The notes under the pieces are model-generated. The model had not been told where the DNA came from, made no database searches, and saw only the letters and a list, made by a program, of their open reading frames with translations. The translations under genes were made by a program, and so were the position numbers. This document shows, in pieces, positions 27,072-36,900 of a stretch of DNA of 64,000 bases (its first letter is position 1; each line of letters starts with the position of its first letter). The stretch is from an uncultured Bacteroidales bacterium (GTDB taxonomy: Bacteria; Bacteroidota; Bacteroidia; Bacteroidales; UBA932). The stretch is from NCBI GenBank assembly GCA_949296645.1, contig CASFPH010000001.1:10299-74298 (forward strand), in the 5' to 3' direction.

Positions 27072-29568
27072 GAAGATAGAGGAAAAACTTGGTTTCGACA
27101 AGATACGTTATTCGGTTTCCGAACGGTGTTCAACCGAATACGCAAAAAAAAGAGCATTGACGGAAAGTTTTTCTTCCGACACGGATAAAATACTCGGGAG
27201 ACTCATTCTGGCCGAGGAAATGAAGACAATCATCATGTTCGAGCCGTCGTTCCCTTCATCAGGATACGTTGACAGCATGGATTTTCTCAAGCCTCTTGAA
27301 ACCGGATCTACATATCTCACCATAGAATCACTCATTCTGCTCAGAAAATCCGAAGAGACATTGGGCAGTATCCTAAACTTCTTCAACTCCTCGAAAGAAG
27401 GCAGTTATCCGAAACTCAAGGAACTGTCGTCAGGAATAGTTTCATTTCCGGAAATAAGAAGAAGACTGGATTCGATTCTTGACAGATTCGGGGAAATAAA
27501 AGACAATGCATCTCAGGAACTGTTCAAGATAAGGTTTTCCATAAGGGAAAAGGAAGCTTCAGTATCAAAAAAAACGGAAGCAATCCTCAAAATGGCCCAG
27601 GCGCAAGGCATCGCGGAAGAAGGGTCGACCGTATCGATAAGGGACGGCAAAATGCTGATACCAGTAGCCGCAGCAAACAAGAAAAAAATTCCCGGCTTCG
27701 TACTTGATGAATCCGCCAGCGGAAAAACAGTCTTCATAGAACCTGCGGAAGTTGTGGAACTCGGCAACCAGATCAAGGAACTGAAATTCGCCGAACAGAG
27801 GGAAATCCTCAGAATACTGATCGAATTCTCCGACTTTCTCAGACCTTATCTTCCGGAGCTGATACAGGCAGCCGTATTCATGGGCGAAATAGACTTCATA
27901 CATGCAAAGGCTTCCGTTGCAACGATGATGAATGCCGGAAGACCGATAATATCCGATTGCGGGGAGCTGAAACTGTTCAAGGCAAGACATCCTATTCTGG
28001 AAACAAGCCTAAAACGGGAAAACAAGGAAATAGTTCCTCTGACGCTTTCACTCGACCGGAAAAAACACATTCTGCTGATTTCAGGTCCGAATGCAGGTGG
28101 GAAATCGGTATGTCTAAAGACTGCCGGACTGCTGCAGTACATGTTCCAGTGCGGTCTTCTCATACCTGCCTCGGAAAACTCCGAATTGATGATATTCGAT
28201 GAGATATTTATCGACATCGGAGACGAACAGTCCATAGAAAACGATCTCAGCACATACAGTTCCCATCTTATAAACATGAGGGACATGCTTGAAAGGGCAA
28301 ATGAAAAAAGTCTCGTTCTCATAGACGAATTCGGTTCAGGCACCGAACCTGCTGCAGGAGGCGCCATAGCCGAAGCGATTCTTGAAGAAATAGAAAGTCG
28401 CGGGACCTACGGGATCATCACGACACACTACACCAACCTGAAATTCTTTGCCGAAAAAAGCAACGGGGTCATAAACGGCGCAATGCTTTTTGACGTACAG
28501 AACATCAGACCGCTTTTCAAACTGGAAACTGGACTTCCAGGCAACTCTTTCGCATTCGAACTTGCAAGAAAAACAGGACTTCCGGAAAAGATAGTAAAGA
28601 TTGCGGAAGAAAAGGCTGGAAGCGGATTCATCGAAATAGAACGAAATCTGAGAAAGATAGCAAGAAGCAGAAAGGACCTTGACTACAAGCTGTCCAAAAT
28701 CAAAAACACCGACAAGATACTCGAAAATATAACCGACAAATACCAGAAAGAACTTTCAGATATACAGAGCAGACGGAAAAGCATAATCGAAGAGGCAAAG
28801 AGGGAAGCCGGAGAGATTCTCTCCGAAGCCAACAGAAGAATTGAACACACCATAAAGGAAATACGCGAAAGCCAGGCGGAAAAGGAAAGAACAAAAGAAC
28901 TGCGCCGGAGTCTTAAGGAATTCGAAGGGAATCTCCTGGAAAAGTCCAGGAACGATGAAGAAGATTTTATCAGAAAAAAGATGGAGAGTCTTCAGAAAAG
29001 GCAGAAAAAACGTGAGGAAAGAAGACTTGCGAAAGGAGAATCCGGATCGGACGAAACTTCCGTAAATAAAAAAGACACAGTTGAAGACAGCGTGATAAGG
29101 AAGGGAGACAATGTCCGGATAAAAGGGAACGGCATGGTGGGAGAAGTTCTTTCCGTCGACGGGAAGAAAATTACCGTAAGCATAGGTACAATAAAAAGTA
29201 TCATGGATACGGATAAGGTTGAAAAGATATCAAGAAACGAATACAACAGGAACTTGAAAAAAGAAAAGGCGGGAAGTTCCGGCACATACAATGATTTCGG
29301 AATATCGGAAAGGAGACTCAACTTCAAAAGTTCCATAGACATACGAGGATACAGGCTGAATGACGCGCTTGACACCGTAAGCAAACTCATAGACGACGCA
29401 CTTATGTTCGGCATAGGGCAAGTGAAAATCTTGCACGGGAAAGGCAACGGTATTCTGAAAGAGGAAATCAGAAAATACCTCAGGACATTCCCTGGAGTTA
29501 TCTCGTGCAGGGACGAAGATCTCGAACTCGGAGGCTCTGGCATCACTGTAGTGCAACTGGAAAACTGA
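27049..29568 (+). CDS. mutS2: endonuclease MutS2 (MutS domain V plus Smr)
   Basis: About 839 aa from the ATG at 27049; the track start at 27022 is a TTG. Walker A GPNAGGKS, DEFGSGTEP, a Lys/Glu-rich linker and a C-terminal Smr (IDIRGYR..ILHGKGNGILK). Overlaps the cdaA 3' end by 23 nt. Confidence 0.9.
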   Translation: MAERKNNRKIEEKLGFDKIRYSVSERCSTEYAKKRALTESFSSDTDKILGRLILAEEMKTIIMFEPSFPSSGYVDSMDFLKPLETGSTYLTIESLILLRKSEETLGSILNFFNSSKEGSYPKLKELSSGIVSFPEIRRRLDSILDRFGEIKDNASQELFKIRFSIREKEASVSKKTEAILKMAQAQGIAEEGSTVSIRDGKMLIPVAAANKKKIPGFVLDESASGKTVFIEPAEVVELGNQIKELKFAEQREILRILIEFSDFLRPYLPELIQAAVFMGEIDFIHAKASVATMMNAGRPIISDCGELKLFKARHPILETSLKRENKEIVPLTLSLDRKKHILLISGPNAGGKSVCLKTAGLLQYMFQCGLLIPASENSELMIFDEIFIDIGDEQSIENDLSTYSSHLINMRDMLERANEKSLVLIDEFGSGTEPAAGGAIAEAILEEIESRGTYGIITTHYTNLKFFAEKSNGVINGAMLFDVQNIRPLFKLETGLPGNSFAFELARKTGLPEKIVKIAEEKAGSGFIEIERNLRKIARSRKDLDYKLSKIKNTDKILENITDKYQKELSDIQSRRKSIIEEAKREAGEILSEANRRIEHTIKEIRESQAEKERTKELRRSLKEFEGNLLEKSRNDEEDFIRKKMESLQKRQKKREERRLAKGESGSDETSVNKKDTVEDSVIRKGDNVRIKGNGMVGEVLSVDGKKITVSIGTIKSIMDTDKVEKISRNEYNRNLKKEKAGSSGTYNDFGISERRLNFKSSIDIRGYRLNDALDTVSKLIDDALMFGIGQVKILHGKGNGILKEEIRKYLRTFPGVISCRDEDLELGGSGITVVQLEN

Positions 29569-29605
29569 ATATAGGGAAACATCAAAAAACAAATACAGGA
29601 AGAAA

Positions 29606-29998
29606 ATGAAGAAAATCCATCTTATTATAATGACATTTTCTGTCATTCTGGCATCAGGCTGCACCGGAAACGGCAACGGGCCGGAAGAAAACGCATCGGC
29701 ATTTTTGAACAGCTATTTCAACGCCGATCTCGAACAGGCCGCACAATACTGCACTGAAGAAATCTCTGAAATACTGAGAAAAGGGAAAGCTGAAATAGAA
29801 AAAAACGACTCGTCGGTAATAAGCATATTCAAACGCGAACTTCAGAAAATGGAAGTCAGCATAGAAAAAAGCAGACTTACCGGAGACACTGCCTTCGTAA
29901 ATTATTCATTACTTAACAGGATTGATTCCACGATAAAGAGAAACACATTGAAACTCAGGAATCAGGACGGCAAATGGCTTGTATTCTCACTAAATTGA
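29606..29998 (+). CDS. small lipoprotein, function unknown
   Basis: 130 aa with the lipobox ILASGC. The C-terminal part could be NTF2-like, but there is no firm family call. Confidence 0.6.
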   Translation: MKKIHLIIMTFSVILASGCTGNGNGPEENASAFLNSYFNADLEQAAQYCTEEISEILRKGKAEIEKNDSSVISIFKRELQKMEVSIEKSRLTGDTAFVNYSLLNRIDSTIKRNTLKLRNQDGKWLVFSLN

Positions 29999-30003
29999 CG
30001 AAA

Positions 30004-30810
30004 ATGCCGTATTTTGACAATCATACGCACAGCACATACTCCCCTGACGGGAAAATGACAATGGAGGATGCGGTACTCTCTTCCATAAACACAGGTCTGA
30101 AAGGTATTTCCGTTTCCGACCATTATGACATAGATATTCCTGGAGACAGGCAGGTATTCGTCTTCAATATAGGAGAACGGAATGAAAAGCTCAGAAAACT
30201 CGCAGAAAAATACGAGGGCAGAATAACCGTCATGTCCGGCATAGAAATAGGCATGCAGCCGCACTGTATAGAAAAGACAAAGGAACTGCTGCGCGAAAAC
30301 ACATTCGACAATGTCATTGCTTCCGTCCACTTTATAGAAAAAAGCGATCCGTATTTCGGGGAATATTATATCGGAAAAGAAAAAAAGGATGCATACAGAC
30401 GCTATTTCGAGTCTATGTACGAATGCATGAAGAAACTGGAAGACTTTGACATACTAGGTCATTTCGACTATATTGCAAGATATGCCCCCTATAACGACAG
30501 ATACGTATACTACCGCGAATTCGAAGACCATATCGACGCCATATTGAAATACCTGACGGAAAACGGGAAATTTCTTGAGATAAACACAAAGAGCTACAAC
30601 ACAAACGACGCACACCACACCGTACTCGATACGGACATCATCAAAAGGTATGCGGAACTTGGAGGTGATGCCGTCTCACTGGGTTCGGATGCCCACAACA
30701 CCGACAGAATCGGAGAAGGATTTGCAAAATATGCCGCAATCCTCAAAGGATGCGGCATACGTTATGCCTGCCGGTTCGTCGGAAGGAAACCAGGCTTTGA
30801 AAAGCTGTAA
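30004..30810 (+). CDS. PHP-domain histidinol-phosphatase family (HisJ-like) protein
   Basis: 268 aa from the ATG at 30004. The metal-ligand pattern FDNHTHSTYSPDG .. SVH .. GHFDY .. GSDAH is typical of the PHP fold. Confidence 0.8.
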   Translation: MPYFDNHTHSTYSPDGKMTMEDAVLSSINTGLKGISVSDHYDIDIPGDRQVFVFNIGERNEKLRKLAEKYEGRITVMSGIEIGMQPHCIEKTKELLRENTFDNVIASVHFIEKSDPYFGEYYIGKEKKDAYRRYFESMYECMKKLEDFDILGHFDYIARYAPYNDRYVYYREFEDHIDAILKYLTENGKFLEINTKSYNTNDAHHTVLDTDIIKRYAELGGDAVSLGSDAHNTDRIGEGFAKYAAILKGCGIRYACRFVGRKPGFEKL

Positions 30811-30812
30811 TC

Positions 30813-31238
30813 CTATTTACGGCGTGCCGCCTTTTCTTCAGCCTTGCGTTTCTTTTCGGCAGCCTTGCGTGCAGCTTTCAGGTCCTTGCCTTTTCCTATG
30901 GAAACCATATACTTGTAGTACTGATCTTCCGTAAATATTTCCTTGAAAGCCTCGCAGCTCTTGTCCACCCATTTGTCCTGAACCGATTTATAGGAATTGT
31001 AGTTTTGCATTCCGCCTTTCTGAAGACGCTCCAGCTCGTCATACATATGTTTCAGATTATACTGGAGTATGGAGTCAACATAAAACGCCTGATGTGAATT
31101 CAGTTCTAGAAATTCGAGAAGTCTGTCAGCTTCTTTGCCGGCTATTTCTATAGGATCCGGTTTTTCCGGTTCCTGCGCCGACACGGACTGCACTCCAATA
31201 CAAAGCAGTGCCGCCAAAATGAATAGTATTTTTCTCAT
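30813..31238 (-). CDS. small secreted protein with a Lys/Ala-rich tail
   Basis: 141 aa from the ATG at 31238. Signal peptide ends SVSAQE. Two LxxxQ/FTxxQ segments, then a C-terminal KAARKAAEKKRKAEEKAARRK. Confidence 0.55.
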   Translation of the reverse strand: MRKILFILAALLCIGVQSVSAQEPEKPDPIEIAGKEADRLLEFLELNSHQAFYVDSILQYNLKHMYDELERLQKGGMQNYNSYKSVQDKWVDKSCEAFKEIFTEDQYYKYMVSIGKGKDLKAARKAAEKKRKAEEKAARRK

Positions 31239-31290
31239 ATTTTGTAAAATAATGTTATTTTTGCTGAATATGCACAAAGTTAATCATTTT

Positions 31291-32997
31291 ATGAAAAAAA
31301 CAGGCAAACTACTTCTGGCGCTGTTCATATTTATAACAGGATATGCATACAGCTACGCATGCTCCAATATCATCATAACCAAGGGAGCTTCAAAGGACGG
31401 ATCCGTAATGGTCACATATTCAGCTGACTCTCATGTACTTTACGGAGAATTGTATTACAGGCCCGCAATGGTATACCCTGAAGGTTCCCTTCTCAAGATT
31501 TTCGAATGGGATACTGGAAAATATCTTGGACAGATTCCACAGGTTCCAATGACATATCAGACTGTAGGCAATATGAACGAGCACCAGCTCATAATAACCG
31601 AAACTACTTTCGGAGGAAGATCAGAACTCTACGACTCTACCGGAGTCATGGATTACGGTTCCCTGATATATCTAACCCTGCAAAGAGCAAAGACTGCACG
31701 TGAGGCAATCGGAGTAATAGCCGACCTTGTAAAGGAACACGGATACGCATCCTCCGGAGAATCTTTCAGCATTGCCGACAAAAACGAAGCATGGATAATG
31801 GAAATTATCGGAAAAGGCACCGAAATCAAGAATGGAGTCAACGTCAACAAAGGTGCCGTATGGGTAGCGATAAGGATTCCGGACGGATACATTTCAGGAC
31901 ATGCCAACCAGTCAAGAATAGACAGGTTTCCTCTTGATGACCCTGAAAACTGTCTGTACGCTGAAGACGTAATAACATTTGCGAAGTCCAAAGGATATTA
32001 TTCCGGTCCAAACAGGAATTTCAGTTTTTGCGACGCATATGCACCTGCAGATTTCGGGGCAATGAGATCATGCGAAGCCAGGGTATGGTCGATATTCAAC
32101 CAGCTCGGCAAAGGTATGATCGGCAACAAGAAGGCTGAAGCATACCTCGACTTCGCAATGGGAGACAACCCGCGCAACAAAATGCCGCTGTACATCAAAC
32201 CTGCAGAAAAAGTCGACCTGAAACAGGTTGCCGACGCGATGAGAGACCACTACGAAGGAACCCCGATGGACATGACAAAAGACATAAATGCGGGACTCTA
32301 CAAATCTCCTTACAGGTTATGTCCTCTTACATACAAGATAGACGGCGAAAGCTATTTCAATGAAAGGCCGCTTGCAACACAGCAGACAGGTTTCTGGCTG
32401 CTCGGACAGGCACGAAGCTGGCTTCCTGACGAAATCGGCGGAATCCTTTGGTTCGGCGTCGACGATGCAGCCAATTCGGCCCTGACCCCGATATACACAA
32501 ACACGACACGCATACCTGAATGTTTCAGGGAAGGCAACGGAGGAATGACAGAATACTCGCCTACTGCTGCATTCTGGCTATTCAACAGGGTGGCAAACTT
32601 CGCATACCTGATGTACGACTACATACATCCGGAAATCAGGAAGGCTGCTGACGAATTCGAACTCCAGTCAATAAGGGAAGTTGCGGAAACAGACAGAAAG
32701 GCCCTTGCTCTCATTGAAAACGACAAAGACATAGACGGAGCTCTGAAGGTAGTTACGGACTACACGAACGAAAGAGCAGACAAACTGTTCGGCAGATGGC
32801 AGGAACTTGATAAATTCCTTCTCGTTAAATTCATTGACGGAAACGTCAAGAAACAGAATCCTGACGGTACTTTCACCGACAATGGGAACAATGCAGGAAT
32901 ACCTGCATCTCCTGTACGCCCAGGATATTCCGACGACTGGAAGGCACGCATCAAGCAAATGACAGGAGACCAATTCAAAACCAAGGAAGTGAAATAG
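31291..32997 (+). CDS. C69-family dipeptidase, exported
   Basis: 568 aa from the ATG at 31291. A signal peptide, then the nucleophile context YACSNIIITKGASKDGS typical of peptidase C69. Confidence 0.85.
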   Translation: MKKTGKLLLALFIFITGYAYSYACSNIIITKGASKDGSVMVTYSADSHVLYGELYYRPAMVYPEGSLLKIFEWDTGKYLGQIPQVPMTYQTVGNMNEHQLIITETTFGGRSELYDSTGVMDYGSLIYLTLQRAKTAREAIGVIADLVKEHGYASSGESFSIADKNEAWIMEIIGKGTEIKNGVNVNKGAVWVAIRIPDGYISGHANQSRIDRFPLDDPENCLYAEDVITFAKSKGYYSGPNRNFSFCDAYAPADFGAMRSCEARVWSIFNQLGKGMIGNKKAEAYLDFAMGDNPRNKMPLYIKPAEKVDLKQVADAMRDHYEGTPMDMTKDINAGLYKSPYRLCPLTYKIDGESYFNERPLATQQTGFWLLGQARSWLPDEIGGILWFGVDDAANSALTPIYTNTTRIPECFREGNGGMTEYSPTAAFWLFNRVANFAYLMYDYIHPEIRKAADEFELQSIREVAETDRKALALIENDKDIDGALKVVTDYTNERADKLFGRWQELDKFLLVKFIDGNVKKQNPDGTFTDNGNNAGIPASPVRPGYSDDWKARIKQMTGDQFKTKEVK

Positions 32998-33017
32998 TAA
33001 AATGAAACGATACCGGA

Positions 33018-33048
33018 GGGGGATGGCGCAATGCTATCCCCTTTTTTT
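33018..33048 (+). terminator. rho-independent terminator of the dipeptidase gene
   Basis: Stem GGGGATGGC/GCTATCCCC followed by T7. It is embedded in the last codons of the convergent ABC-2 permease gene. Confidence 0.7.
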
Positions 33049-34131
33049 ATATGAAAGCACTGCCCATGCATTGAAAAGCACGGCAAAGATTGACAGGGCA
33101 TACAACTGCGGCATAAGGTCGGAGATTCCCGCCCCCTTGAGATATACGCCTCTCATGACGACATTGAAATAAGTCAGAGGATTAACGGCTGTTATGGACT
33201 GAGCCCAAAGCGGCATTGAGGATACAGGAGTGAACAGCCCGCTCATAAGTATGAATATGATGATGAAGAACATCATCACGAACATGGCCTGCTGTATATT
33301 GTCCGAATAATTTGAAATGATCAGCCCGAATCCTGATATTCCCAGAAGATAGATAAGAGCAAAAAAATCCATCGTCAGGAAAGATCCCAAAGGATAGAGT
33401 TTGTAAACCACAGCTGCGATAAGAAAACACAGATTCAATATCAGGAATCCTATAATCCAATACGGTATAAGCTTGGCAAGCATAAAAAGGAAACGGTTTA
33501 CAGGAGTCACGTTGACCTGCTCTATGGTACCCTTTTCCTTTTCCGTAACCACATTCAGTGCAGGCAGAAATCCACATATCATAGTCATAAGCATGACCAT
33601 CAGTGCAGGAAGCATGAAACTCTTGTAATCCATTCTGTCGTTGAATTTGTAAAGAACCTGAAAAATCTCTTTACCGCTCTCTATACCCCTGCGTTCATTC
33701 AGATCGTTTCTGAAAGAAGCGATAACCCTGGACAGATATGCGGAACCGAGTCCGGCCTTCGTTCCGTTGACGCTGTTCGCCGTAACATTCACCACGGTTC
33801 CTGTCCCGTCTTCTGCATTCTTTTCAAAATCTGAAGGTATTTCAAGTATTATATCCGCATCACCGTATTCAATTACACTCACGGCTTCATCATAAGTACC
33901 GGAGGCAGCCACTATGTTGAAATAACCGGAAGAAGATACCTTGTCAAGAAGTTCCCTGGAAAAACTGTCAGAAGAATTGTCAACCACAACCAGATTTATG
34001 TTCTTTATCTCCATGTCAGCCGCCCATGGCAGAAAGACCATCATCAGAAAAGGAAAAGCAATAAGAAGCCGCGGCATGAATTTGTCCCGGAACATCTGTT
34101 TTATTTCTTTTTCCAACAAAAATTTCAACAT
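33034..34131 (-). CDS. ABC-2 type transporter permease (YbhR/YbhS-like)
   Basis: 365 aa from the ATG at 34131; the track start is a GTG. N-terminal TM, an extracytoplasmic domain, then 5 TM. Confidence 0.85.
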   Translation of the reverse strand: MLKFLLEKEIKQMFRDKFMPRLLIAFPFLMMVFLPWAADMEIKNINLVVVDNSSDSFSRELLDKVSSSGYFNIVAASGTYDEAVSVIEYGDADIILEIPSDFEKNAEDGTGTVVNVTANSVNGTKAGLGSAYLSRVIASFRNDLNERRGIESGKEIFQVLYKFNDRMDYKSFMLPALMVMLMTMICGFLPALNVVTEKEKGTIEQVNVTPVNRFLFMLAKLIPYWIIGFLILNLCFLIAAVVYKLYPLGSFLTMDFFALIYLLGISGFGLIISNYSDNIQQAMFVMMFFIIIFILMSGLFTPVSSMPLWAQSITAVNPLTYFNVVMRGVYLKGAGISDLMPQLYALSIFAVLFNAWAVLSYKKRG

Positions 34132-34132
34132 A

Positions 34133-35236
34133 TCACAATCTCGATTTGAATTTCTTGACACTAACTGTCATAAATACGATGAACATTACCGCAAGTACCG
34201 ATATTTCCTTCGCTACATATGCAAGCGGCAGACCTTCTATCATTACCTTCTTTACCGAAAGGATATACCATTTCGCAGGGATGAAGTCCGAAACTATCCT
34301 GAGCAGCCACGGCATGTTTTCCAACGGGAAAATCATTCCGGAAAGCACCATGGTAGGCATCATAAGCACCATACCCGAAATAAGCATGGCTGCTGCCTGA
34401 CTGTCTGCGATTGTCGATATGAGAAGTCCGAGGGACAATGAAACCATTATGAAAAGCAGAGAACAGAAAGAAAGCAGAAGGAGGGAACCTGCAATAGGAA
34501 CATCGAGCACGAACCAGGAAAGAAGCAGGATCGTGATGAGATTCACGCAGGAAAGTACAAAATACGGTACCATCTTGGCGAAGACAAGATAGATAGGTCT
34601 GACAGGAGATACGAGAAGTACCTCCATGGTACCCGTTTCGCGTTCCCTGACAATTGAAATGGAAGACATCATCGCACAAAGAAGCATGAGTATCAGACCC
34701 ATCACCCCCGGCACGAAATTATACGCTCCCTTCATCCCCGGATTGTAAAGATACTTCAGCGAAATGTCTATGGCAGCCCCGCCATGCGACATTCCACCTG
34801 TCTCCTCCATCAATACGTCAGACATTATACTTTGAATATAAGTCACTGCCGTCGAAGAAGTATTGGGATCCGTAGCATCCGCCAGTATCTCGATACAAGC
34901 GTCTCCGGAGAGCATGTTCCTTTCAAAACCGGTATCAAAAACGACGATGACCTCACATGTGCCGTTCCGAAGCCTCTCATCCGGATCCGACATGTCTTCA
35001 AGATAGCCCCTGAAATCGACATACTCATTCGACTCAAGCGTATTTACAAGTCTGTAAACCATCGGTGTTACATCCGGAGCATATACCATGGTCTTTATGC
35101 TCTTGACTTCCGTCGAGAGAGCGAAACCGAAAAGCATGATCTGGACTACAGGCATTACCAACAATATAAGCATGGTCCTCCTGTCTCGGAAAATATGGAA
35201 AAACTCCTTTATTACAAATGCCCAGAACTGCCTCAT
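34133..35236 (-). CDS. ABC-2 type transporter permease (YbhS/YbhR-like)
   Basis: 367 aa from the ATG at 35236. Same architecture as its neighbour, and its stop is 1 nt from the next gene's start. Confidence 0.85.
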   Translation of the reverse strand: MRQFWAFVIKEFFHIFRDRRTMLILLVMPVVQIMLFGFALSTEVKSIKTMVYAPDVTPMVYRLVNTLESNEYVDFRGYLEDMSDPDERLRNGTCEVIVVFDTGFERNMLSGDACIEILADATDPNTSSTAVTYIQSIMSDVLMEETGGMSHGGAAIDISLKYLYNPGMKGAYNFVPGVMGLILMLLCAMMSSISIVRERETGTMEVLLVSPVRPIYLVFAKMVPYFVLSCVNLITILLLSWFVLDVPIAGSLLLLSFCSLLFIMVSLSLGLLISTIADSQAAAMLISGMVLMMPTMVLSGMIFPLENMPWLLRIVSDFIPAKWYILSVKKVMIEGLPLAYVAKEISVLAVMFIVFMTVSVKKFKSRL

Positions 35237-35256
35237 GATAAAATTCACATATTCTG

Positions 35257-35985
35257 TTATTCACTTCTGCTCGCCCCGCGCGCAAGCCTGTAAAAAACCT
35301 CGTCCATAGACCTTACACCGAACTGTTTCTTGAGCATGCGCGGAGAATCAAGAGCTTCAATCCTGCCGTCCACCATTATGGACACTCTGTCACAATACTC
35401 CGCCTCATCCATATAATGTGTGGTCACAAATATGGTTATGCCTTTGTCTGCAGCCTCATATATCATGTCCCAGAACTGTCTTCGTGCCACAGGGTCCACA
35501 CCACCGGTAGGCTCGTCGAGAAAAACCAGCTCAGGACCGTGGAACATGGATACAGAAAACGCAAGCTTCTGCTTCCAGCCAAGCGGGAGATCACGTACCA
35601 TCTTGTTTTTCAACGAAGAAAATCCGAGTTTTTCAAGAAGAGCATCCGTTCTTTCGGCGATCAGTTTCTCATCCAGCCCGTATATGCCGCCGAAGAGTCT
35701 TATATTCTCCCATACCTTCATGTCTTCATAAAGAGAGAAACGCTGGCTCATATATCCGATACTGCGCTTTATTTTCTCGCTTTCGGTATTGATGTCAAAA
35801 CCTGCAACCGTACCTCCTCCGGATGTCGGCTTGCTCAAACCGCACAATATCTTGATTGCAGTGGTCTTTCCGGCCCCGTTTGCACCGAGAAAGCCGAATA
35901 TCTCGCCTTTCCCTACGGAAAAGGTGATATTGTCCACCGCAACGAAATTTCCGAATTTCTTTGTCAGATTATTGACTTCTATCAT
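35257..35985 (-). CDS. ABC transporter ATP-binding protein
   Basis: 242 aa with Walker A GANGAGKTT and Walker B FLDEPTGGVD. Confidence 0.93.
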   Translation of the reverse strand: MIEVNNLTKKFGNFVAVDNITFSVGKGEIFGFLGANGAGKTTAIKILCGLSKPTSGGGTVAGFDINTESEKIKRSIGYMSQRFSLYEDMKVWENIRLFGGIYGLDEKLIAERTDALLEKLGFSSLKNKMVRDLPLGWKQKLAFSVSMFHGPELVFLDEPTGGVDPVARRQFWDMIYEAADKGITIFVTTHYMDEAEYCDRVSIMVDGRIEALDSPRMLKKQFGVRSMDEVFYRLARGASRSE

Positions 35986-36892
35986 TTTTTCTCTCTATCA
36001 TTTCAATAAAACAATCTTCAATGGAAGGTGCGGCCTTTTCGACACCGACCCCTGTAAGGCCGGCTCCCGTAAGAAATTCCTTCATCCGCTCACTTATACC
36101 GTTCTCCTGCCCGGAAAGTCTTGCATGAAACACTTCACCGAAAGAATAAATGGACTCCATGCCTTCCAGACCGGATAGGAGTTCCTTTATTCTATGCATC
36201 CTGTCCGCCCTTATGGACAAAATGCTTTTGGAAAAAGAACTTATTATCGCATCAGGACTGTTCACTCCCAATATCTCACCTTCCTTTATGAAAGCTATCC
36301 TGTCGCAAAGGACAGCCTCATCCATATACGGAGTAGAAACCACTATCGTTATGCCCTTGGCCTTAAGTCTTGCCAGCATGCCCCAGAATTCCTTTCGCGA
36401 CACAGGATCCACACCTGTCGTCGGCTCATCCAGCAGCAGCAGTTCCGGTTCATGTACAAGAGCACAGCACAAAGCCAGTTTCTGTTTCATTCCTCCGGAC
36501 AGTTTCCCTGCCTTTCTCTTCCGGAAAGGTTCTATCTGGACATATATATCTTTTATGAGATCATAATTCTTTTCGACGGACGTGCCGAACAGCGTGGCGA
36601 AAAGACGCAGATTCTCCTCCACGCTCAGATCCTGATACAGGGAAAACCGGCCTGGCATATAACCTGTCAGCGTTCTGAGTTTCTTATAATCATCCACAAC
36701 GGAATATCCGTTTATGGAAGCGGAGCCGGAATCAGGGACTATAAGTGTTGCCAGTATTCTGAATATGGTTGTTTTCCCTGCTCCGTCCGAGCCTATCAGG
36801 CCGAAAAGTTCCCCTCTGCCGACATTGAATGACACGTCTTTCACTGCAGCATTACCGCCATATGAATGGGAAAGATGTTCGACCCTTATCAT
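35969..36892 (-). CDS. ABC transporter ATP-binding protein
   Basis: 307 aa with Walker A GSDGAGKTT, signature LSGGMKQK and LLLDEPTTGVD. Overlaps the next ATPase gene by 17 nt. Confidence 0.93.
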   Translation of the reverse strand: MIRVEHLSHSYGGNAAVKDVSFNVGRGELFGLIGSDGAGKTTIFRILATLIVPDSGSASINGYSVVDDYKKLRTLTGYMPGRFSLYQDLSVEENLRLFATLFGTSVEKNYDLIKDIYVQIEPFRKRKAGKLSGGMKQKLALCCALVHEPELLLLDEPTTGVDPVSRKEFWGMLARLKAKGITIVVSTPYMDEAVLCDRIAFIKEGEILGVNSPDAIISSFSKSILSIRADRMHRIKELLSGLEGMESIYSFGEVFHARLSGQENGISERMKEFLTGAGLTGVGVEKAAPSIEDCFIEMIERKNDRSQ

Positions 36893-36900
36893 GATCCTTA

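Noticed and set aside
28992-29585. A 197-aa ORF antisense to the mutS2 3' end (a further antisense ORF lies at 29230-29676).
   Set aside because: The S/F/L-rich translation is the mirror image of the Lys/Glu-rich MutS2 linker. Antisense frames stay open as a byproduct of codon bias.
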